Positions 56,786 through 64,000 of a stretch of 64,000 bases of DNA are shown here, piece after piece. The notes under the pieces were generated by a model. It searched no databases. It was given only the letters and a program-made list of their open reading frames with translations, and had not been told where the DNA came from. The first letter of the stretch is position 1, and every line of letters starts with the position of its first letter. The translations under genes and the position numbers were made by a program. Source of the stretch: an uncultured Bacilli bacterium (GTDB lineage: Bacteria > Bacillota_I > Bacilli_A > RF39 > UBA660); assembly GCA_934102355.1 (NCBI GenBank), contig CAKOSO010000001.1, positions 299,678-363,677 on the forward strand, in the 5' to 3' direction.

Positions 56786-58447
56786 ATGAATTTAGAAAAA
56801 GATTATGAATTATTAGCAAATACAATATTTCCAGATATAGATAAGGATATTGAATATTATGAAAAATTATATCCTGAAAGAAACCTAAAAGAAGGTGAAA
56901 AAGTAACAAGATTTGCACCAAGTCCTACTGGTTTTTTACATATTGGATCATTCATGCAAGCATTAATTGATTACATGTATGCCAAAAACAACAATGGTAT
57001 CTTCTATCTTAGAAATGAAGATACAGACAAACAAAGAGAAGTAAACAATGCATTTAACATAGTATTCAATTCTTTAAAATATTACAACATACTACCAGAT
57101 GAATATGAAATAAATGATGTAACAGTGGGAAACTATGGACCATATACACAAAGTGAAAGAGAAAAAATATATCACTCTTTTATAAAACATTTAATTAAGA
57201 TTGGAAGAGCATATCCTTGTTTTTGTACAAAAGATGATTTACAAAACATGAGAGAAATGCAAGAAAAAGAAAAAATAAGACCTGGATACTATGAAAAATA
57301 TGCTAAATGTCGTAACATTTCTCCTAAAGAAGCTATAGAGCGTATAAAAAATGGTGAAGAATACACTATACGTTTTAAATCAATGGGAGATTATGAAAAA
57401 AAATTTGAATTTAATGACTTAGCAAAAGGTACTGTAATGCTTCCAGAAAATGATCAGGATGCAATCATAATGAAAAGCACTAATCCACTTCCAACATACC
57501 ATTTTGCACATGTCGTAGATGATCACTTAATGCGTACAACACATGTAGTACGTGGAGAAGAATGGCTTTCATCAGTACCGTTACACTTAGAATTATTTAA
57601 AGCTTTTAACTTTAAAGCACCAAAATACATTCACACACCATTAATACTTAAAAAAGATGGTGACATTGTAAGAAAAATTTCAAAAAGAAAAGATCCCGAA
57701 GCATCAATGGATTACTATATAGAAAAAGGATATCCAGTTGAAGCTATAGTAGAATCAGTAATGACAATAATAAACTCTAACTATGAAGAATGGCACACTG
57801 CCAATCCAGATAAAAAATTCTATGATTTTACTTACAGTCCTAAAAAAATGTCTTCAAGTGGTGCATTCTTTGATCTAGAAAAACTAAATAATATTTCTAA
57901 AAATATAATATCCCACATGACAAAAGAAGAATTATATGAAAAAGCAATAAAATGGTCAGAAAAATATGATAACAAATTATTTGAAATAATAAATAGTAAC
58001 AAAGAATACTTTAAAAACATTATAAATATTGAAAGAGAAATCAAAAAGCCAAGAAAAGATATAGCTAATTATAGTGAAATATTAAACAACATTTGGTACA
58101 TGTATGATGAACTATTTGAAAATGTTAACTATAACTTTGAAAGATATACCAAAGAACAAGTAAAAGAAATATTAGAAAACTACATAAATATCTACGATGA
58201 TAAAGATGAACAAGATATCTGGTTTAATAAAATTAAAGATTTAACTGATAAACTAGGTTACTGTTCTAACATGAAAGAATATAAAGAAAATAAAGAACAA
58301 TACAAAGGTAGTGTAGCAGATGTATCAAATATAATAAGAATTGCTATCACATCTAAAAACATGTCACCAAATTTATATGACATTATGAAATTACTTGGAA
58401 AAGAAAGAGTAATAAAAAGATTAGAAAACTGTATAAAAGGAATATAA
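56786..58447 (+). CDS. gltX: glutamyl-tRNA synthetase, long divergent form
   Basis: RFAPSPTGFLHIGS, LRNEDTDKQR, HFAHVVDDHLMRTTHVVRGEEW and KISKRK. ATG 56786 lies 8 nt after GGAG. The track starts at GTG 56777. Confidence 0.85.
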   Translation: MNLEKDYELLANTIFPDIDKDIEYYEKLYPERNLKEGEKVTRFAPSPTGFLHIGSFMQALIDYMYAKNNNGIFYLRNEDTDKQREVNNAFNIVFNSLKYYNILPDEYEINDVTVGNYGPYTQSEREKIYHSFIKHLIKIGRAYPCFCTKDDLQNMREMQEKEKIRPGYYEKYAKCRNISPKEAIERIKNGEEYTIRFKSMGDYEKKFEFNDLAKGTVMLPENDQDAIIMKSTNPLPTYHFAHVVDDHLMRTTHVVRGEEWLSSVPLHLELFKAFNFKAPKYIHTPLILKKDGDIVRKISKRKDPEASMDYYIEKGYPVEAIVESVMTIINSNYEEWHTANPDKKFYDFTYSPKKMSSSGAFFDLEKLNNISKNIISHMTKEELYEKAIKWSEKYDNKLFEIINSNKEYFKNIINIEREIKKPRKDIANYSEILNNIWYMYDELFENVNYNFERYTKEQVKEILENYINIYDDKDEQDIWFNKIKDLTDKLGYCSNMKEYKENKEQYKGSVADVSNIIRIAITSKNMSPNLYDIMKLLGKERVIKRLENCIKGI

Positions 58448-58473
58448 AGATGCTAAAAAAGCATCTTTTTTTG
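58447..58473 (+). terminator. intrinsic terminator of gltX
   Basis: AAGATGCT-AAAAA-AGCATCTT followed by 6 T. Confidence 0.8.
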
Positions 58474-58475
58474 CA

Positions 58476-58513
58476 ATAAAAAATGATAAGAAAATTAACC
58501 TTTTCTTATCATT
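58476..58513 (-). terminator. terminator of SASP gene
   Basis: AATGATAAGAAAA-TTAACC-TTTTCTTATCATT, a 13-bp stem, followed on the minus strand by TTTTATT. Confidence 0.6.
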
Positions 58514-58529
58514 ATTAATCAACTATTAA

Positions 58530-58736
58530 CTATTTATTAGAATAGTTTCCACCAAATTGGCTTAGACCTCTTTCAACTAATCTCTTAGTGATTTCTCCAC
58601 CAACTGATCCATTAGCTCTAGCTGTAGCATCTGGTCCTAAAGTAACACCAAATTCTCTAGCTATTTCATATTTCATTGCATCGATAGCTTGTTTAGATCC
58701 TGGAACTAATAATTTAGAATTATTATTTTGGCTCAT
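58530..58736 (-). CDS. small acid-soluble spore protein, alpha/beta type
   Basis: [13 protein letters not shown]...[38 protein letters not shown] 58736 follows an AGGAGGTG RBS. Confidence 0.9.
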   Translation of the reverse strand: MSQNNNSKLLVPGSKQAIDAMKYEIAREFGVTLGPDATARANGSVGGEITKRLVERGLSQFGGNYSNK

Positions 58737-58762
58737 TGATAATTTCACCTCCTATACATTTA

Positions 58763-58791
58763 TAGATTGTGAATTATCAACATTTTTATAC
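58763..58791 (-). promoter_or_regulatory. candidate forespore (sigma-G/F type) promoter of SASP gene
   Basis: Minus-strand GTATA, 17 nt spacer, CAATCTA. The sigma-G consensus is gHATR-17/18-CAtxHTA. Confidence 0.4.
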
Positions 58792-58821
58792 TATTTTTGA
58801 ACTGGTAATTTCTACCTATTT

Positions 58822-60000
58822 TTAAAGTAAATCTTCGAATTCATCTTTATCAGTAATAGAAACTTTAAATATATTACCAATTGCAGCATTTAACATATCT
58901 TGATAATCAATCTTTGATTCTTCTTTTATACACTTATCAAGATTTGGATTAATAACTGGATGTTTAGGAACATAAACAGTACAACAATCTTCATAAGGCA
59001 AAATACTAATATCATATGTATTAATTTTTTTAGAAACATCAATAATCTCTAATTTATCCATACAACAAACTGGTCTTAAAACAGGTATATCACAAACATT
59101 ATTAATAACACTCATACTAGATAAAGTTTGACTTGCCACCTGTCCAACAGATTCACCATTTATTAACACTAAATGTTTATTTCTTTTAGCTACTCTTGTA
59201 GCAATCCTATACATCATTCTTCTAAGAATGGTTATCATATAATTAGGATCTACATTCTTATATATTTCTTCCTGAAGTTCTGTAATAGGTACAACATATA
59301 ATTTAAAATCATTACTATATTTTAATAATTCTTTTGCTAAACTAATAACCTTTTCACGAGCATTTAAACTAGTATGAGGTATTGCTTCAAAATATATTGC
59401 ATCAATCTTTATTCCCCTTTTTAAAGCAAGATAACCCGCAACAGGAGAATCAATTCCTCCAGATAACATAAGAAGTCCTTTTCCTAAAACACCAACAGGA
59501 TATCCACCAAGACCCTTAATTGGATTAAAATAAATATAAGTTTCATTGTGGTTTATTTCAATATTTACATATATATCTGGATTTTTAACATCTACTTTAA
59601 TATCTTTAATATTTTTTAAAATATATCCACCAATTACATTATTAAATTCCATACTAGGAATCTCAAAAGTTTTATCTCTTCTATTAGTAACAACTTTAAA
59701 AGTTTTAAAATTCTCTTTACTTAAAAGATTTAAAACCTCACACTTAATATCCTCAATATTAGTATTAACTTTATGAGCTAAAATAAACTGATGAATTCCA
59801 AAAGTATGATTTAAAACATCAAAAACTTTTTTTTCATCATTATCAGAAAAATAAATATACATACGATCATTACTACGTACAATATCAACATCTATATCTT
59901 TAAATTTTTCATTTAAATTATTAACTAAAGTATTAATAAATAATTTTCTATTATCTTTCTTAGTAGTAAGTTCACCATACTTAATTAAAACTAATTTCAT
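58822..60000 (-). CDS. thiI: tRNA 4-thiouridine(8) synthase ThiI
   Basis: N-terminal ferredoxin-like and THUMP regions and a PP-loop SGGIDSPVA. Confidence 0.9.
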   Translation of the reverse strand: MKLVLIKYGELTTKKDNRKLFINTLVNNLNEKFKDIDVDIVRSNDRMYIYFSDNDEKKVFDVLNHTFGIHQFILAHKVNTNIEDIKCEVLNLLSKENFKTFKVVTNRRDKTFEIPSMEFNNVIGGYILKNIKDIKVDVKNPDIYVNIEINHNETYIYFNPIKGLGGYPVGVLGKGLLMLSGGIDSPVAGYLALKRGIKIDAIYFEAIPHTSLNAREKVISLAKELLKYSNDFKLYVVPITELQEEIYKNVDPNYMITILRRMMYRIATRVAKRNKHLVLINGESVGQVASQTLSSMSVINNVCDIPVLRPVCCMDKLEIIDVSKKINTYDISILPYEDCCTVYVPKHPVINPNLDKCIKEESKIDYQDMLNAAIGNIFKVSITDKDEFEDLL

Positions 60001-60028
60001 AAAACCAACTCCGCAAGATATTATAGCA

Positions 60029-60065
60029 TAAAAAAAAATTAAGGAAAAGCTTAATTTCCTTAATT
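60029..60065 (-). terminator. intrinsic terminator of tig
   Basis: AATTAAGGAAA-loop-TTTCCTTAATT followed by 8 T on the minus strand. Overlaps the stop. Confidence 0.75.
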
Positions 60066-61319
60066 ATTTTCTTTTAAGAAGTCAATAACTTTTTTCATTT
60101 CAAGCTCATAAACTAACATATCAATTCCACCATATGCTTTTAAGAACTCATCTTTTTCCATATTATATCTTTTTGCAGATTCAACAGCTTCTTTTTCTGC
60201 CTCTTTAAGATCGACTGAGATCTTTTCTTTTTCCTTTATAGTATCAAGTATAAATCTATATAATACATGCTTTTTAGCTTCTGGTTCCATTTGTTTATGT
60301 AAATCTTCATGAGTAGTCTTTGTTATTTGCATATACATATCAAGTGAAATTCCTTGCATACGCATTTGTTCTTCAAATCTATGAATCATATGATGAATTT
60401 CATCATCGATCATTTCTTCTGGAATATCAACAGTAGTATTTTTTGCAATTGCTTCTAAAACAGAATCAATATATGCATTTTCAGCTTCTTCTTCTTTTCT
60501 TAAAGTTAAGTTCTTTCTAATCTCTTCTTCTAAAGTTTCTCTAGAGTTAACTCCATCCATACCTAAATCTTCAAAGAATTCTTCATCTAATTCTCTATTA
60601 ACTTTTTCTTTGATTTCATTAACTTTAATTTTAAATACAACTTCTTTACCTTTTAATTCTTCAGATTGATAATCTTCTGGGAAAGTAACATTAATATCAC
60701 GTTCTTCACCTTTATTCATACCAATTACTTGTTCTTCGAATCCAGGAATAAATGTATGACTTCCAATTTCTAGTGCATAGTTTTCACCTTTTCCACCATC
60801 AAAAGCCTTACCATTTAAGAAACCTTCAAAATCAATAACAGCAACATTTCCTTCTTCTACTGAACCAGATTCTTTAATCTTTAATTCACTATATCTTTTT
60901 AACATATTAGAAATTTCATCATTAATTTCTTCATCAGTTACTTTAACTTCTTCTTTCTTAACATTTAATCCTTTATATTTTTTAATTTCAACATCTGGCA
61001 TAGTTGTAATAACAAATAAGAATTTAACACCTTCATCATCAAGTTTTTTAATATCAACTTTTGGTTGAATAATTGGTATTAATTTATTCTCATCAAGTGC
61101 CTTTTTATAAGCAATTGGTAACATTATATCAACTGCATCCATGTATAATGATTGTTTACCAAATTTTTTAACATAAACATCAAAAGGAACTTTTCCTTTT
61201 CTAAAACCATCTAATTTAATATCTTTTTGTTTCTTTAAAAAAGCTTCTTCTACAGCATTAGCTAATTCTGCTGAATCCATCTTTACTGTAATTTCAAAAA
61301 CATTTTTTACTTTTTCCAT
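60060..61319 (-). CDS. tig: trigger factor
   Basis: The N-terminal ribosome-binding motif GFRKGKVP, an FKBP-type PPIase core and a C-terminal arm domain. ATG 61319 follows an AAGGAGAG RBS. Confidence 0.95.
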   Translation of the reverse strand: MEKVKNVFEITVKMDSAELANAVEEAFLKKQKDIKLDGFRKGKVPFDVYVKKFGKQSLYMDAVDIMLPIAYKKALDENKLIPIIQPKVDIKKLDDEGVKFLFVITTMPDVEIKKYKGLNVKKEEVKVTDEEINDEISNMLKRYSELKIKESGSVEEGNVAVIDFEGFLNGKAFDGGKGENYALEIGSHTFIPGFEEQVIGMNKGEERDINVTFPEDYQSEELKGKEVVFKIKVNEIKEKVNRELDEEFFEDLGMDGVNSRETLEEEIRKNLTLRKEEEAENAYIDSVLEAIAKNTTVDIPEEMIDDEIHHMIHRFEEQMRMQGISLDMYMQITKTTHEDLHKQMEPEAKKHVLYRFILDTIKEKEKISVDLKEAEKEAVESAKRYNMEKDEFLKAYGGIDMLVYELEMKKVIDFLKENN

Positions 61320-61381
61320 AATCTCTCTCCTTACACTTGTAATATTATATATCATTTAACCTTTTTCATCAAGAACTTTAT

Positions 61382-62515
61382 CTAATAAATAAAGTTCATA
61401 TATATTAAAAATCCTAAATATAGAATTGTTAATATCACACCATTAACTGTATCTACTGCTTTAGTTCTAGTTTTAAATCCAAGAGCCATTGCAATAAGTA
61501 GTCCACCAACTAAACCACCTAAATGTCCAAAAATATCAATATTGCTAACTAAAAGACTAATAATAAAATTTGCTACAATAACATAAATAATCTGTTTAGC
61601 TAATGTATTTCCTAAATAAACTCTAAAATTATATCCAAAATAAAGCATAGCACCAAGCAATCCAAATATAGCACCACTAGCACCAATTGATGCAACATTA
61701 CCATTTAAAAGAATTGATAACAAACTACCAGTAATAGCACTAAACAAATATATAATTGAAAATTTAAATTTACCAAAAAACTTTTCTGCTTGACTTCCAA
61801 GTACATATAAAGCATACATATTAACAAATAAGTGAATTATAGAAACATGTAAAAATGCTCCAGTTAAAAGTCTATAATATTGGCCAGCTTTAATAAAAGG
61901 ACCATAAGTAGAAAAATTATTTATCAAAAAAGGAAATTTATTAAATAAAAATCCAAATAAGAAAACCAATACATTAATAGCTATTAATATATATGTAATA
62001 ATAACTTTCTTAGGAGCAAATATATCATTAACTTTTTTAGCTTCAGAAGTATTCTTTTTATTTATATCTTCAGTTATCTTCATAAATAAATTAACCCCTT
62101 CCTCATTAAAAATAAGTTTTTTATCTATATCTGGATAATATTTACTTAAAAAATCATAATTTTTAATATCATTTTCATCTTTAACATCTATTGAACTAAT
62201 ATGCTTATCATTAACAAGCTTTACATCGTCACCTAAATCAGTAAAAATATTTAAAACATTCATATTTAAATTAAAAGTTTTCCTTTTAATACTCTTAACT
62301 ATTCTTTTAGTTTTAAACATATCAAAATTCATCTGTTCATCATTAAGTATATAATTAGAAACAATTCTTACAATTTTATATTCAGAATCCATATTTTCAA
62401 GCCATATTTCATTTTGTACACCATGAACTATAACAGGACTATAGTTTTGTTCAGTAATAAAATAATGAAGAAGCTTTAATACCATAATATCTTTATCAGT
62501 CATTTCTATGTTCAT
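61382..62515 (-). CDS. rhomboid family intramembrane serine protease with ~170-aa N-terminal cytoplasmic domain
   Basis: GASGAIFGLLGA (catalytic Ser), HLGGLVGG (His) and a HxxxN-like FLHVSIIHLFVNM. Confidence 0.85.
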   Translation of the reverse strand: MNIEMTDKDIMVLKLLHYFITEQNYSPVIVHGVQNEIWLENMDSEYKIVRIVSNYILNDEQMNFDMFKTKRIVKSIKRKTFNLNMNVLNIFTDLGDDVKLVNDKHISSIDVKDENDIKNYDFLSKYYPDIDKKLIFNEEGVNLFMKITEDINKKNTSEAKKVNDIFAPKKVIITYILIAINVLVFLFGFLFNKFPFLINNFSTYGPFIKAGQYYRLLTGAFLHVSIIHLFVNMYALYVLGSQAEKFFGKFKFSIIYLFSAITGSLLSILLNGNVASIGASGAIFGLLGAMLYFGYNFRVYLGNTLAKQIIYVIVANFIISLLVSNIDIFGHLGGLVGGLLIAMALGFKTRTKAVDTVNGVILTILYLGFLIYMNFIY

Positions 62516-62572
62516 TTACATCACCACTTCTATATCTATATATTATAATATAAAATCACTAATTTTTAAATA

Positions 62573-64000
62573 CTAAAATAAACCAACTATAGAATCATCA
62601 ACAACATCAATATTTAAATAATTAGATTTTTTTCCTAAACCAGGCATAGTAAGAGCACCACCCATAAGTAAAGTTATAAATTTAGCACCGTGATTAAGTT
62701 TTACACCACTAACAGTCATAGTATGACCTTTAGGGAATCCAAGCTTTTTAGGGTCATCACTTATTGAATATTGAGTCTTAGAAACACAAATACTAAAATC
62801 AGGATAAAGTTTTCCCCATTTTTCTAATTTTTCTTTAACACCTGGAAGATATTTAACCTCGCCTGCACAATATATATCTTTACAAAGCTTATCAATTTTA
62901 ACAAAGATATCATCAGAATCTTCATAAATTGAGTAAACTTTTTTACTACTATTTTTACACATATTAACAATTAAATCTGCAATTTCTTTATTACCATCTT
63001 CACCCTTGGTATACATATCACTTACAACAGATTTTACACCTAAATCATGACAAAAGTTTCTAACAAAATTAATATCATCATCACTATCATCATTAAATCT
63101 ATTAATAATTACTAGTACATTATCATTAAATTTCTTCATATTTAAAATGTGATATTCTAAATTTTTAATACCTTCTTTTAAATCGTCATTTCCATTATAT
63201 TTCAAACTTCTAATAGTTGAATTTACAACAACCATATCAGGATATATACCACTTGATTTACACATTATATCAAAAAACTTAACACCACCCATATCACTAC
63301 CAAAACCAGCTTCAGTAATAACATAATCACCTAAAGACATGCAAGTTTTTAATGCAACAACACTATTACAACCATGAGCAATATTAGCAAAAGGTCCACC
63401 ATGAACCACAGCAGGATTATGATATAAAGTTTGAACTAAATTAGGTTTAAAAGCATCTTTTAATAAAGCTAAAACAGCACCTGTTACACCTAAATCAGAA
63501 ACATATATTTCATCACCCTTAGAATTTACGCCTACTATAATATCACCAATTCTTTTTCTCAAATCAGAAAAAGAAGAAGCAAGACAAAATACTGCCATAA
63601 TCTCACATGCAGCGGTAATAGAAAACTTATCATTTCTACCATTACTTAATACTACATTTCTTAAAGCTCTATCATTTACATCTAAACATCTTTCAAAATA
63701 AACTTCTTTAATATCAAGTTCATTTCCTTGAAAAATATGATTATCAATAACAGCACTAATCAAATTATTTGCAGCTGTTATAGCATGAAAATCACCAGTA
63801 AAATGTAAATTAATATTATCCATAGGAACAATTTGTGAATAACCTCCACCACAAGCCCCTCCTTTAATTCCAAAAACAGGGCCTAAAGAAGGCTCCCTAA
63901 GAGCTAAAATAGATTTATAACCATTCTTATTAAGAACATCACAAATACCAATAGAAATAGTAGTTTTCCCCTCTCCATAAGGAGTTGGATTAGTAGAAGT
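62573..64000 (-). CDS. fhs: formate--tetrahydrofolate ligase, N-terminus beyond window edge
   Basis: The frame stays open upstream of the track Met (63823) to base 64000. Own translation gives TSTNPTPYGEGKTTISIG...EPSLGPVFGIKGGA.GGGYSQIVPM. Confidence 0.95.
   Translation of the reverse strand, partial: TSTNPTPYGEGKTTISIGICDVLNKNGYKSILALREPSLGPVFGIKGGACGGGYSQIVPMDNINLHFTGDFHAITAANNLISAVIDNHIFQGNELDIKEVYFERCLDVNDRALRNVVLSNGRNDKFSITAACEIMAVFCLASSFSDLRKRIGDIIVGVNSKGDEIYVSDLGVTGAVLALLKDAFKPNLVQTLYHNPAVVHGGPFANIAHGCNSVVALKTCMSLGDYVITEAGFGSDMGGVKFFDIMCKSSGIYPDMVVVNSTIRSLKYNGNDDLKEGIKNLEYHILNMKKFNDNVLVIINRFNDDSDDDINFVRNFCHDLGVKSVVSDMYTKGEDGNKEIADLIVNMCKNSSKKVYSIYEDSDDIFVKIDKLCKDIYCAGEVKYLPGVKEKLEKWGKLYPDFSICVSKTQYSISDDPKKLGFPKGHTMTVSGVKLNHGAKFITLLMGGALTMPGLGKKSNYLNIDVVDDSIVGLF

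Noticed and set aside
56786-58447. Could be GlnRS, given its length of about 555 aa and its position next to tRNA-Gln.
   Set aside because: The motifs are GluRS-type (APSPTG, EDTD..R, VVRGEEW, KISKR). They are not the GlnRS-type PEPNGYLHIGH / VMSKR.

Overview
This is a very AT-rich chromosomal segment from an endospore-forming low-GC Bacillota (Firmicutes). GC was judged by eye and nothing was computed. The standard code applies: TGA is used as a stop and Trp is TGG. I cannot place the taxon more precisely.

There are about 75 protein genes. Most are on the minus strand and tightly packed, with many 1-25 nt overlaps. Four dispersed tRNAs are present: Met-CAU, Arg-CCU, Glu-CUC and Gln-CUG.

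Most content is housekeeping:
- Nucleotide, RNA and translation genes: galE (cut by the left edge), gmk, rnc, rpmF, rpsU, rpsD, serS, an atypical gltX, thiI, tig, RNase J, and fhs (cut by the right edge).
- DNA and division genes: murC, holA, parE, rmuC, ftsA-ftsZ.
- A block syntenic with B. subtilis: rpsU-yqeY ... yqfC-yqfD-(VanZ)-ybeY-dgkA-cdd-era-yqzL-recO.

Sporulation markers are yqfC/yqfD, spoIIGA-sigE and an alpha/beta-type SASP.

Envelope genes include:
- a GT2-DUF2304-GtrA-fusion glycosylation operon;
- a small phosphoglycosyl transferase;
- an alMGS-like GT4;
- class B sortase;
- a beta-helix surface protein;
- two ABC systems and ZupT.

I found no rRNA, CRISPR array, transposase, integrase, restriction-modification genes or recognisable prophage. 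I could not demonstrate a clear-cut novel multi-gene system.

The best leads are:
1. tRNA-Gln(CUG) lies 19 nt upstream of a long divergent GluRS, with tRNA-Glu(CUC) divergent from it.
2. A near-consensus LexA/Cheo box sits inside the promoter of an orphan Bro-N/DinD-like gene next to tRNA-Met.
3. An AMP-ligase is translationally coupled to an E2/CAT-fold acyltransferase whose catalytic His is Glu.
4. A COG4260-type SPFH-SHOCT protein is paired with a double zinc-ribbon membrane protein just upstream of spoIIGA.
5. An ORF6N protein carries a degenerate PLD-like C-terminal domain and sits behind a terminator-containing leader.

All family assignments come from motif reading and memory of homologues, not from searches.
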